Shown: piece by piece, positions 16,382 through 24,577 of the stretch | How positions within the stretch are numbered: the stretch's first letter is position 1 | How the letters are laid out: each line of letters opens with the position of its first letter | From: Coprobacillaceae bacterium | GTDB lineage: Bacteria; Bacillota_I; Bacilli_A; Erysipelotrichales; Coprobacillaceae | DNA length: 32,000 bases | Direction: 5' to 3' | Assembly (NCBI GenBank): GCA_963675915.1 | Contig: OY780959.1 | Coordinates: forward strand, 930,001 to 962,000 | Notes under the pieces: model-generated | What the model was told of the DNA's origin: nothing | What the model saw: the letters and a program-made list of their open reading frames with translations, nothing else | Databases searched by the model: none | Translations under genes and position numbers: made by a program

Positions 16382-17599
16382 CTACAGGTCCAGATAATGG
16401 CCCATTTTTTCTTTTTTGGTTTTGAGATACTTGATATCAAATTCGTTCGGTTCGATCTTCAAATCGACCAGATTGGCAACGGTGATGCCGTATTTTTCCA
16501 GCTGTGCCACCTTGTCGGGATTATTAGTGATAAGGTCAACTGATTCAATGCCAAGATCCTTGAGGATCATCGCACTCAAATGGTACTCACGCAAGTCTTC
16601 TAGATAGCCCAAAGCCAGATTAGCTTCACAGGTATCCAGGCCCTGGTTTTGTAGCTCATAAGCCTTGAGTTTGTTGATCAGCCCGATTCCCCGACCTTCT
16701 TGACGCATATAAAGCAAGACCCCGGCTCCATTGGCGGCGATTTGACGCAAGGCCCCATCAAGCTGGTCACCGCAATCACACTGCATCGATTTGAAAACAT
16801 CGCCGGTGAGACATTCCGAATGCACCCGGCAAAGGATGTTTTCCTGATCCTTAAGCTCGCCTTTGACAAAGGCGACATGATGTTCGCCGCTGATCTTGTC
16901 GACATAGCCATAAGCTCTAAACTGACCATAAGCGGTATTGATCAGGGGACTGGCCATCTGCTCAACGATAACTTCATGCTGGCGGCGATATTCCTGCAGG
17001 GCTTTGATGGTGATGAATTTGAGGTTGAACTTGTCAGCCAGTTCGTGAAGTTGATCGGATTTCATCATGGTGCCATCAGCTGCCATGATTTCACAACAAA
17101 GACCGGCTTCGCCCAACCCAGCCAATTTCACCAGATCAACAGTCGCTTCAGTATGGCCGTTTCTTTCCAGGACACCATTGTCTTTGGCTAAAAGCGGGAA
17201 CATATGCCCCGGTGCCCTAAAATCTGCTCCGGTGCTGGTTGGGTCGGCAAGTTTGATTGCGGTGAGACTACGCTCGTAAGCCGAGATTCCCGTAGTCGTA
17301 GCGACCGCATCAATCGATACGGTAAAGGCGGTTTGATGATTGTCGGTATTGACTGCCACCATGGGGACCAGACCCAGGCGCTGATTGATTGCCGTTGATA
17401 TCGGCATGCAGATCAGTCCCTTGCCATAGGTAGCCATGAAATTGATGTTTTCTGGAGTGGCATGATTGGCAGCACAGATGAAGTCACCTTCATTTTCCCG
17501 GTCTTCATCATCGGTTACAATTATTATTTCACCCAGGCGCAGCGCCTCAAGCGCTTCAGGGATGGTATTGAGTTTCATTTCTTCTTTTCTAATATCCAT
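16382..17599 (-). CDS. ribBA: Bifunctional 3,4-dihydroxy-2-butanone-4-phosphate synthase / GTP cyclohydrolase II
   Basis: The [11 protein letters not shown] motif marks the DHBP synthase half. HSECLTGD...CDCG marks the GTP cyclohydrolase II zinc site. The true start could be the internal ATG at 17578 ([13 protein letters not shown]). Confidence 0.95.
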   Translation of the reverse strand: MDIRKEEMKLNTIPEALEALRLGEIIIVTDDEDRENEGDFICAANHATPENINFMATYGKGLICMPISTAINQRLGLVPMVAVNTDNHQTAFTVSIDAVATTTGISAYERSLTAIKLADPTSTGADFRAPGHMFPLLAKDNGVLERNGHTEATVDLVKLAGLGEAGLCCEIMAADGTMMKSDQLHELADKFNLKFITIKALQEYRRQHEVIVEQMASPLINTAYGQFRAYGYVDKISGEHHVAFVKGELKDQENILCRVHSECLTGDVFKSMQCDCGDQLDGALRQIAANGAGVLLYMRQEGRGIGLINKLKAYELQNQGLDTCEANLALGYLEDLREYHLSAMILKDLGIESVDLITNNPDKVAQLEKYGITVANLVDLKIEPNEFDIKYLKTKKEKMGHYLDL

Positions 17600-18221
17600 T
17601 TTTCAACATCTCCTCCAAGGTGTTTTTTTGAGTTTTTTTCATCAGGAATTTTTCGACATACTTGCCGATTACGTCATTTTCAAGATTGACCTGGCAGCGC
17701 AAAGGCTTGGTCGTCAGAGTGGTGTGCTTGTTGGTGTGGGGAATGATCCCGACCGTGAAATCATCCCGGGCGACTGCAATTACAGTCAGGGAGATACCAT
17801 CAATGGCAATCGAACCTTTTTCAACAATATACTCAAGCACTTTAGCTGTGGTCTTGATCGTATACCGGACCGCGATCCCGTCGGGCTGGATTTTGACAAT
17901 CGTTCCGATTCCGTCGATATGACCTGACACGATATGACCGTCGAAGCGGCCATTGGCCGGCATTGCCCGTTCCAGATTGACAGTGCCGTTGACTTTGAGA
18001 TTGCCCAGGGTCGAGCGGGCCAAACTTTCATTCATCACATCGACTCCGAAGGTCTGATTGCTCAGTTCAGTCACGGTCAGACAAACTCCGTCAGTCGCGA
18101 TACTATCACCAATCTTGACTGTATCCAGGATTTCGGGCGCCTCGATGACCAATCGGGCATAGTTGCTGCTTTTGACAATCCGTTTGATTTTTCCGGTTGT
18201 TTCAATTATTCCGGTAAACAT
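17589..18221 (-). CDS. ribE: Riboflavin synthase alpha chain
   Basis: 210 aa. It has the MFTGIIE start and duplicated lumazine-binding repeats (GDSIA.DGVCLTV and [12 protein letters not shown]). Confidence 0.95.
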   Translation of the reverse strand: MFTGIIETTGKIKRIVKSSNYARLVIEAPEILDTVKIGDSIATDGVCLTVTELSNQTFGVDVMNESLARSTLGNLKVNGTVNLERAMPANGRFDGHIVSGHIDGIGTIVKIQPDGIAVRYTIKTTAKVLEYIVEKGSIAIDGISLTVIAVARDDFTVGIIPHTNKHTTLTTKPLRCQVNLENDVIGKYVEKFLMKKTQKNTLEEMLKNGY

Positions 18222-19309
18222 CGATACTCCACCTCGCTTTCAATCAGGATATCCCCGTCAAACTGACGGATATCCGCATTTTTCAATCTGATCGCATCAT
18301 TCATCATCTTGATTCCTTCACCCCCGACAGGAGTCAAAGCCGCTTTGCCGCCAATCATCTTCATCCCGATATAAGTCTGGATTTTGGTGACTATTCTAGC
18401 TTGCAAGGCTGCATAATTCAAAGTGGCGCCCCCTTCAAGGTAAATGCTGTCGATTCCCTGGCGACCCAGGATTGCCATCAAAGCCTGTAAATCGACATGG
18501 CCGTCTTGTTTTGGGACTTCGATAATCCGGCAGCCCGCCTGTTGATATGGCAACTTGAGGCTGCGGTCAGCCACGCAAGTGGCAATGTAGGTGGGCACCT
18601 GTTTGGCAGTGGTGACCACCTGGCTGGTTAAGGGTGTGCGTAAATTGGTGTCGCAGATGATCCGGATGGGATTGCGGCTACCTTCAATCCGACTGGTCAG
18701 CTCACAGTCATCATTGATCACGGTATTGACTCCGACCATGATGGCCTGATAACGGCTGCGGTCGCGGTGAACCTGATGGCGGGAAAGCTCATTGGTGATC
18801 CACTTGGAATCACCGGTCTGGCTGGCAATCTTGCCATCGGCGGTCATCGCATATTTCATAATGACTAAAGGACGCTTGGTGGCGATATAATGGTAAAACA
18901 CTTCATTTAGCTTGAGACACTGCTCCTGTAAAACTCCGACTTCAACTTCAATGCCGTGGGCCTGAAGGATGGTTACCCCCTGACCGGCCACTAGTTCGTT
19001 GCTATCAAGGGCCCCGATCACCACCCTACCTATTTTGCTTTCAATGATAGCCTCAGTGCACGGTGGGGTCTTACCGTAATGGCAGCACGGTTCGAGATTG
19101 ACATACATTGTCGCTCCTTTAGGATCTTCCTGACAGTTTTTAAGGGCGTTGCGCTCCCCATGGAGTCCGCCGTAGTATTCATGATGGCCCTGGGCGATGA
19201 TTTTTCCGTCTTTGACGATTACCGCTCCAACCAGGGGATTGGGACTGGTCTGGCCCCTGCCCTTGCGGGCGTTTTCCAGCGCCAGTGCCATATAATCTTT
19301 GTCGTTCAT
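18206..19309 (-). CDS. ribD: Bifunctional diaminohydroxyphosphoribosylaminopyrimidine deaminase / 5-amino-6-(5-phosphoribosylamino)uracil reductase
   Basis: 367 aa. It has the deaminase zinc motifs HGERNAL and PCCHYGKTPPC, followed by a C-terminal reductase domain. Confidence 0.95.
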   Translation of the reverse strand: MNDKDYMALALENARKGRGQTSPNPLVGAVIVKDGKIIAQGHHEYYGGLHGERNALKNCQEDPKGATMYVNLEPCCHYGKTPPCTEAIIESKIGRVVIGALDSNELVAGQGVTILQAHGIEVEVGVLQEQCLKLNEVFYHYIATKRPLVIMKYAMTADGKIASQTGDSKWITNELSRHQVHRDRSRYQAIMVGVNTVINDDCELTSRIEGSRNPIRIICDTNLRTPLTSQVVTTAKQVPTYIATCVADRSLKLPYQQAGCRIIEVPKQDGHVDLQALMAILGRQGIDSIYLEGGATLNYAALQARIVTKIQTYIGMKMIGGKAALTPVGGEGIKMMNDAIRLKNADIRQFDGDILIESEVEYRCLPE

Positions 19310-19323
19310 TGTTTCCTCCTCAC

Positions 19324-19350
19324 AAAAAAACCCTGAAATTAAATTCAGGG
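19324..19350 (-). terminator. Riboswitch expression-platform terminator 2, immediately before the ribD RBS
   Basis: The minus strand reads CCCTGAAtttaatTTCAGGGTTTTTTTgtgAGGAGGaaacaATG. Confidence 0.75.
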
Positions 19351-19382
19351 CGTGAAAAAGCGTGCAAAAAATGTCCGGGGAT

Positions 19383-19414
19383 AAAAAAACTGGAATAAAA
19401 TAAATTTATTCCAG
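19383..19414 (-). terminator. Riboswitch expression-platform terminator 1
   Basis: The minus strand reads CTGGAATAAAtttatTTTATTCCAGTTTTTTT, a 10-bp stem followed by a T7 run. Confidence 0.7.
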
Positions 19415-19440
19415 GACATTTAAAAACGACACAAAAAAGT

Positions 19441-19560
19441 GTACTATCTTCTTTCATCCAGACTATACTGTCGGCCTTGGAATTACACCAAGTCAGCCAA
19501 GAAGGCTCGTGGGCTATGACCACCGGTAGGGAATTGCACCCTGCCCTGAAGATAACTATT
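19441..19560 (-). promoter_or_regulatory. FMN riboswitch (RFN element) aptamer
   Basis: The minus strand reads ...atcttcAGGGCAGGGTGcAATTCCCTACCGGtGGTcatAGCCCaCGAGCc...ttGGTGtAATTCCAAgGCCGACAGTataGTCTGGATGaaaGAAGAT. The conserved RFN core blocks are present, P1 (ATCTTC/GAAGAT) closes the element, and it sits upstream of ribD. Confidence 0.95.
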
Positions 19561-19571
19561 CAATTGATATA

Positions 19572-19600
19572 ACTATAGCAAAGCAAATTGACCTTGTCAA
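19572..19600 (-). promoter_or_regulatory. Sigma-A promoter of the rib operon (TTGACA-17-TATAGT)
   Basis: The minus strand reads TTGACAaggtcaatttgctttgcTATAGT, just upstream of the riboswitch. It lies only 21 nt downstream of the patB copy-1 stop. Confidence 0.75.
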
Positions 19601-19621
19601 CCGCAAATCAAACCGGGCGGC

Positions 19622-20809
19622 TTACTTAGCCAAAGCCAAAGAAGCGACTGCCCCTTCAAGCCGTTCCAGCGATTCCTGGAGGAGGCTGCGAGGCATGGCA
19701 ACGTTGAAACGTTCGAATCCAGCTCCACCAAAACCAAAAATATACCCTTCATCAAGCCAAAGTTTGGCTTTGGTAAGCATGAAGTCTTCAAGTTCTTCGT
19801 GGTCCATATTCAAGGCTGAAAAATCCACCCAGGTTAAATACAGTCCTTCAGGACGGACCAATTTGATTTGGGGCATTTTCTCTTTGAAGAATTTATCCAT
19901 ATAATCAATATTTTCCGCCAGATATCCCACCAAAGCGTCAACCCACTTATCACCATGGCTGTAGGCTGCTTTACAGGCTTCCAAACCGAAAATATTCGGC
20001 TCAGTCGGATATCCGACCGCACTTTTGGTTTCCATAAACTTCGCTTTCATCTTCTCATCGAAAAACAGGATATTTGAAGTCTGCAATCCCGCCAGATTGA
20101 AAGTTTTACTTGGTGCGGTGCAAATCAGAGTGAACTTTTTAAAAGATTCGTCAACATTGACAAACGGGATATGTTTATACCCCTCATAAACGAAATCTTG
20201 GTGGATTTCATCGGATACGACAATCACATGATGTTTCTTGCAGATGTCTCCGATTTGTTGCAGTTCAGCGCGGCTCCAGACTTTTCCTAGTGGATTGTAA
20301 GGATTGCATAAGATAAACATTTTAACGTTGTTGGCGACGATTTTCTGTTCGAAAAGGGTGAAGTCCAATTCATAGTGGTCCTCCACAAATGACATCGGAC
20401 ACTCTACTTTTGGTCGGCCGTTGGATTCAATCGACGAGTCGAACGGATAATAGACCGGCTTGTTGATCATCACGGCATCACTAGGCTTGGTATAGGCATT
20501 AATGGCGATTCTAAGCGCTGTAACCACCCCGGTGGTCGTAACGATATCATCGAGTCTGACCTCAAGATCATGACGGCGTTTCATCCAGCCAGCCACGGCC
20601 TCATAATAACTTTTATCGGCCATGGTATAACCGTAAATGTCATGGCTTGCCCGTTTGGCAATTGCTTCCTTGACCTCAATTGGTGTCCTGAAGTCCATAT
20701 CCGCCACCCATAAAGGAATGACATCTTCAGGCTTGTCCATGGTTTTCCAACCATCCCATTTAGCGCAATTGGTATTTTTGCGATCAATAATTTCATCAAA
20801 ATTAAACAT
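19622..20809 (-). CDS. patB: PatB/MalY-type PLP-dependent C-S beta-lyase (cystathionine beta-lyase family), copy 1
   Basis: 395 aa. N-terminal IDRKNTNCAKWD motif, and PLP-lysine motif APSKTFNLAGL. The RBS is AAGGGGGA. Confidence 0.9.
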   Translation of the reverse strand: MFNFDEIIDRKNTNCAKWDGWKTMDKPEDVIPLWVADMDFRTPIEVKEAIAKRASHDIYGYTMADKSYYEAVAGWMKRRHDLEVRLDDIVTTTGVVTALRIAINAYTKPSDAVMINKPVYYPFDSSIESNGRPKVECPMSFVEDHYELDFTLFEQKIVANNVKMFILCNPYNPLGKVWSRAELQQIGDICKKHHVIVVSDEIHQDFVYEGYKHIPFVNVDESFKKFTLICTAPSKTFNLAGLQTSNILFFDEKMKAKFMETKSAVGYPTEPNIFGLEACKAAYSHGDKWVDALVGYLAENIDYMDKFFKEKMPQIKLVRPEGLYLTWVDFSALNMDHEELEDFMLTKAKLWLDEGYIFGFGGAGFERFNVAMPRSLLQESLERLEGAVASLALAK

Positions 20810-20836
20810 TATATTTTCCCCCTTGTTTGATTATCT

Positions 20837-20865
20837 ATTATACTTACCGAATGATATTTGAGCAA
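20837..20865 (-). promoter_or_regulatory. Sigma-A promoter of patB copy 1 (TTGCTC-17-TATAAT)
   Basis: The minus strand reads TTGCTCaaatatcattcggtaagTATAAT, about 25 nt upstream of the ATG. Confidence 0.6.
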
Positions 20866-20978
20866 CAATTATCAACGAATAAAAACATTGTTTCCAAATG
20901 AGTGACAGTATTTGAAAACAAGCCCGTCACTCCTATCGGGGCTTTGGCTGACTTTCCTATTGAAATCGGGGCAAACGT

Positions 20979-21025
20979 AAAAACTCCCACGTGTTATCAG
21001 GTCCCAAACTGATAACACATAGGAG
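20979..21025 (-). terminator. Strong intrinsic terminator downstream of the GNAT genes
   Basis: The minus strand reads CTCCTATGTGTTATCAGtttgggacCTGATAACACGTGGGAGTTTTT. The stem is 17 bp including G-U pairs and is followed by a T5 run. Confidence 0.8.
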
Positions 21026-21113
21026 CTTTAAAAATGTTTTAATAAATTTAGTTAATTAAATGAAATTAAGTTTGTTTTTTATTCAATGAATAAACCTTGA
21101 AACAGATGCCCAC

Positions 21114-21572
21114 TCACAATTTGGGCAAATGTTTATGCATACATACGCTATTTGCGTTTCCCGTATAAGGTTCGAAGTTATCGATTGGATTGTAACCGAG
21201 CGTCTCGAACAAGGAAATCGAAGGTTTTTGCTGGGATCCCGTTTCCAGCAAGACTTCCTTATAACCGTATTCCTGTCCGTATTTTTCGAGCTCTTTGACA
21301 ATCTGTTTCGACAGCCCCTGCCCTCTGTATTCTTCTTTGACGAAGATTCTTTTCAATTCGATGGTTTTGCCATCATACTCTGTTAAGGCCCCACAGGCGA
21401 TTGCTTCATCATTACTGTAGATAATCACCACTTTATCGAGAAAATATAGTTTGTTGAACTGATAATACTGTTTGATGTCTCCATAAAGGGTATTGAGATA
21501 CTCTTCCAATAATGTCGCCAGTTCCAGAAAATCGAAATTGGAACTATCTGTGAATTTGATGATCGTTTCCAT
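21114..21572 (-). CDS. GNAT-family N-acetyltransferase
   Basis: It has the acetyl-CoA binding motif (KRIFVKEEYRGQGLSKQIVKELE). I prefer the ATG at 21572 (METIIKF...), which follows the RBS AGGGGGA, giving 152 aa. Confidence 0.8.
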   Translation of the reverse strand: METIIKFTDSSNFDFLELATLLEEYLNTLYGDIKQYYQFNKLYFLDKVVIIYSNDEAIACGALTEYDGKTIELKRIFVKEEYRGQGLSKQIVKELEKYGQEYGYKEVLLETGSQQKPSISLFETLGYNPIDNFEPYTGNANSVCMHKHLPKL

Positions 21573-21679
21573 ATTAATTCCCCCTTTGTATCTTAATTCC
21601 CATATTAAAGTAATTATAAGGGACAAATGTTAAGTGAATATTAAGCGGAAATCATTGCTAGAAAAAATCAGATAATAGT

Positions 21680-22174
21680 CTAAAGCAGCAATTCATACAT
21701 ATTAGTGAAACCGTCGTTATGTTGATAACGTCCCACCGGGTTGAAACCGGCCGAAAGATACAATCGGTTGGAATAGGGATTCTTATCGGAGGCATCCAAC
21801 CAGATCGCCTGACAACCACGTTGCCGGGCGTAAGCTTCTAGAAGCATTAAGCTTAGTCTCCCCATTCCCCGATTCTGGATATCCGGTTCCACACAAAACC
21901 GGTGCACCACGATGTAGTCGGTCCCATGATATTGGAAATCACCCTGTCTATACCTCTCATCAGTTTCCTGATTCAAGGCAAAGCAAGCGACAAGGCGGTC
22001 CTTATCAACGACCACAAAGAGGTTTTCCCTGTCAATATCCTGTTTGAATATGTCTTTTGAAGGGTAAGTGTCATTCCATTGAAAAATATCCTGACTTTCC
22101 ATCTTCAAAATCGCCCTTTTGACCATATCTACAATCAAATTAAGCTGGCAGAGATTGGCTTGTTGCATTCTCAT
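21680..22174 (-). CDS. GNAT-family N-acetyltransferase
   Basis: It has the acetyl-CoA motif (HRFCVEPDIQNRGMGRLSLMLLE). The likely start is the ATG at 22174 (or 22168), following AAGGGA. The start lies inside the 3' tail of patB copy 2. Confidence 0.75.
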   Translation of the reverse strand: MRMQQANLCQLNLIVDMVKRAILKMESQDIFQWNDTYPSKDIFKQDIDRENLFVVVDKDRLVACFALNQETDERYRQGDFQYHGTDYIVVHRFCVEPDIQNRGMGRLSLMLLEAYARQRGCQAIWLDASDKNPYSNRLYLSAGFNPVGRYQHNDGFTNMYELLL

Positions 22175-23396
22175 AGGATTTTTTCCCTTTTTTAGCAACT
22201 TTTTCCTTTTTTTTCGTTGTCTTCAAAGAATCAACGGCACTAGCAAGGCGTTCCAGTGATTCTATCAGCAGACTTTTGGGCATAGCCACATTGAATCTTT
22301 CATATCCAGCTCCACCGAATCCGAAAATATAACCTTCATCAAGCCATAATTTCGCTTTGGTAAGCATGAATTTTTCCAGTTCATCGTGATCCATACCCAG
22401 GGCTCCGAAATCAACCCAAGTGAGGTACAGTCCTTCTGGACGGATCAATTTCACTTCAGGCATTCTTTCCTTGAAGAAATTGTCCATATAGTCGATATTT
22501 TCGCTCAAATACGCTACCAAGGCATCAACCCATTTGTCCCCATGAGTGTAGGCTGCCTTGCAGGCTTCAAGACCGAAGATGTTCGGTTCACCCGGGAATC
22601 CCAGGGCGCTTTTGACTTCCACGAATCTGTTTTTCAACTTGTCATTGAAAAAGAGGATGTTCGATGTCTGCAACCCAGCCAGGTTGAACGTCTTGCTAGG
22701 TGCAGTACAAATCATCGTGAATTCTTTGAAAGTTTCATCGACATTCACAAAAGGAATATGTTTGTGTCCTTCATAAACGAAGTCTTGATGAATTTCATCA
22801 GATACGACAATAACATGATGTTTCTTGCAGATATCTCCGATTTTTTGCAATTCATCGCGAGTCCATACTTTTCCAATTGGATTGTATGGATTGCACAGGA
22901 TGTACATTTTGACATTGTTGGCAACGATTTTCTGTTCGAAAAGGGTGTAATCCAACTCATAATGATCGTCCACGAAAGCCATCGGACATTCGATTTTCGG
23001 ACGACGGTTCTCATCGATTGAGAAGTCGAATGGATAATAAACCGGCTTGTTGATCATGATGGCATCGCCTGGTCTGGTAAAAGCATTGACTGCCAGTTTC
23101 AAAGCGGTAACCACTCCGGTAGTTGTAATGATATCATCCAGTTTCACGTCAAGATCATGACGTCTTTTCATCCAGCCTGCCACAGCTTCATAATAACCTT
23201 TGTCCGCCATTGTATATCCGTAAATATCATGTTTAGCCCGAGAAGCAATTGCCTCGGAAACTTCCTTTGGAGTTCTAAAATCCATATCCGCTACCCATAA
23301 AGGAATAACGTCTTTCGGTTTGTCCATGGTTTTCCAACCATCCCATTTAACACAGTTCGTATCTCTGCGATCTATTACTTCATCAAAATCAAACAT
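22140..23396 (-). CDS. patB: PatB/MalY-type PLP-dependent C-S beta-lyase, copy 2, with a Lys-rich C-terminal extension
   Basis: 418 aa. It is collinear with copy 1 and, by eye, identical at roughly four of every five residues. The APSKTFNLAGL motif is the same. About 24 extra C-terminal residues read TTKKKEKVAKKGKKSYENATSQSLPA. Confidence 0.9.
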   Translation of the reverse strand: MFDFDEVIDRRDTNCVKWDGWKTMDKPKDVIPLWVADMDFRTPKEVSEAIASRAKHDIYGYTMADKGYYEAVAGWMKRRHDLDVKLDDIITTTGVVTALKLAVNAFTRPGDAIMINKPVYYPFDFSIDENRRPKIECPMAFVDDHYELDYTLFEQKIVANNVKMYILCNPYNPIGKVWTRDELQKIGDICKKHHVIVVSDEIHQDFVYEGHKHIPFVNVDETFKEFTMICTAPSKTFNLAGLQTSNILFFNDKLKNRFVEVKSALGFPGEPNIFGLEACKAAYTHGDKWVDALVAYLSENIDYMDNFFKERMPEVKLIRPEGLYLTWVDFGALGMDHDELEKFMLTKAKLWLDEGYIFGFGGAGYERFNVAMPKSLLIESLERLASAVDSLKTTKKKEKVAKKGKKSYENATSQSLPA

Positions 23397-23422
23397 ACTA
23401 AATTCCTCCTTGAATAAAAATT

Positions 23423-23451
23423 ATCTTACTGCAATGTTTTTATTAAGTCAA
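23423..23451 (-). promoter_or_regulatory. Sigma-A promoter of patB copy 2 (TTGACT-17-TAAGAT)
   Basis: The minus strand reads TTGACTtaataaaaacattgcagTAAGAT, followed by the RBS AAGGAGGA. Confidence 0.6.
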
Positions 23452-23491
23452 TGTAATGACAGTAAGTAGTTAAATTGCTTTTTTGTGAAGG

Positions 23492-23531
23492 AAAAAAAGG
23501 GTTTTACTTAATTAAATTAAGTTTAAGACCC
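23492..23531 (-). terminator. Intrinsic terminator after the EamA gene (AT-rich stem with a GGG/CCC clamp, then T7)
   Basis: The minus strand reads GGGTCTTAAACTTAATTtAATTAAGTAAAACCCTTTTTTT. It contains the 17-bp perfect palindrome ACTTAATT-A-AATTAAGT at 23506-23522. Confidence 0.6.
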
Positions 23532-23629
23532 ATCTTACTTAATAAAAGAAACAGGCATATTTTCACCATCAAAAAAAGGCATCGTGAACCGGCAGGATAT
23601 TCCCACTTCAATTCATGACGCCCCATATT

Positions 23630-24577
23630 TCAGGCTCGTTTTCGATTGACAATATAGATCCCAACGCTCACCAAAACCAGGGCCGCGATGGTAAAGATAT
23701 TGATGCTTTGATGTTCGCCCAGCAACACCGCCGCCAGGATTACCCCCATCACCGGAGTGACAAAACCATAGATTGTCACGCTAGAAACATCATTGTGTTT
23801 TAGCAGGGTGCCCCAGATGGTGTAGGCCACTGCCGAAACAAAGGCCAGATAGACCAGTACCAGAAGACCCGCCCAAGAGTCAAAAGGAACCACGCCACCT
23901 AAAAACATCCCGGCTGCGCTCATCACCAACCCGCCCCAGATAAACTGGTACGAGCTAAGAACCACGGTGTTTTCCGCTTTGGCATAGTTTTTGATCAGGA
24001 TTGCCGAAAGGCTGTAAAGAACCACCGACAGGAATATAAAACCATCCCCGATCAGGTTGAATTCGAACACGCTCCCCAGATTTGAGAGATTGACCAGAAC
24101 AATTCCGACAAAACCGATCAGACAGCCAATCGCCTTGTTCAAAGTGAATTTTTCCAGAGAAAAGATAATGCTGGAAATCACAATTGCCACAAAGACGTTC
24201 GAGCCTTGAATGATCGCCGCCTTGGCTCCGGTGGTATTGGCAATCCCGATATAATAGAACAGGTATTGACCGGTAGTCTGGAAGATGCTCAGTTTGAAGG
24301 TCATTCCCACTGTCGCTTTGCTCGGTCGCACCAGATTGCGGTTTTTCAAGGAAAAGATGACCACAATCGCCAACCCGGCCAAAGTGAATCTGATTCCTGC
24401 AAAGAGAATCTGGCTGCCGTAATCAGTTGGTGATATCGCCAAAACAGCATATCCGACTTTGACGACAGAAATCGCACTTCCCCACAAGAAACAGGCAGTC
24501 GAAGCCAAGACCATGATGACCAGTCGGTTGGTCAAGGAAAAATCAAAGCGCGACTTCGCCCTAGTCAAAGAGTTCAT
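23630..24577 (-). CDS. EamA/DMT-family transporter (10-TM, RhaT/EamA-like metabolite exporter)
   Basis: 315 aa with two hydrophobic 5-TM halves. The start overlaps the stop of the upstream PAT gene by 17 nt. Confidence 0.85.
   Translation of the reverse strand: MNSLTRAKSRFDFSLTNRLVIMVLASTACFLWGSAISVVKVGYAVLAISPTDYGSQILFAGIRFTLAGLAIVVIFSLKNRNLVRPSKATVGMTFKLSIFQTTGQYLFYYIGIANTTGAKAAIIQGSNVFVAIVISSIIFSLEKFTLNKAIGCLIGFVGIVLVNLSNLGSVFEFNLIGDGFIFLSVVLYSLSAILIKNYAKAENTVVLSSYQFIWGGLVMSAAGMFLGGVVPFDSWAGLLVLVYLAFVSAVAYTIWGTLLKHNDVSSVTIYGFVTPVMGVILAAVLLGEHQSINIFTIAALVLVSVGIYIVNRKRA

Noticed and set aside
16363-16440. N-terminal extension of ribH in the ORF track ([21 protein letters not shown]...)
   Set aside because: It overlaps the 3' end of ribBA and has no similarity to RibH N-termini. 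The internal ATG at 16362 has a GGAG RBS and gives the canonical 155-aa protein.
22386-23021. 211-aa plus-strand ORF, plus similar antisense ORFs (433-732, 10756-11232, 16700-17191, 17466-17927 and others)
   Set aside because: All are embedded antisense or out of frame within well-supported genes (patB, the MetC-like gene, the dehydrogenase, ribBA, ribE). None has a start context.
22140-23396. patB copy 2 as a frameshifted pseudogene because of the odd C-terminal tail
   Set aside because: The whole conserved lyase region, including the PLP-lysine motif, is intact and in frame. Only the stop position differs, so it is called a functional CDS with an extension.
23506-23522. Perfect 17-bp palindrome ACTTAATT-A-AATTAAGT upstream of patB copy 2, first considered a transcription-factor operator
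   Set aside because: On the coding strand it is flanked by GGG...CCC and followed by T7, directly downstream of the EamA gene. It is better explained as the stem of that operon's intrinsic terminator. A dual role cannot be excluded.
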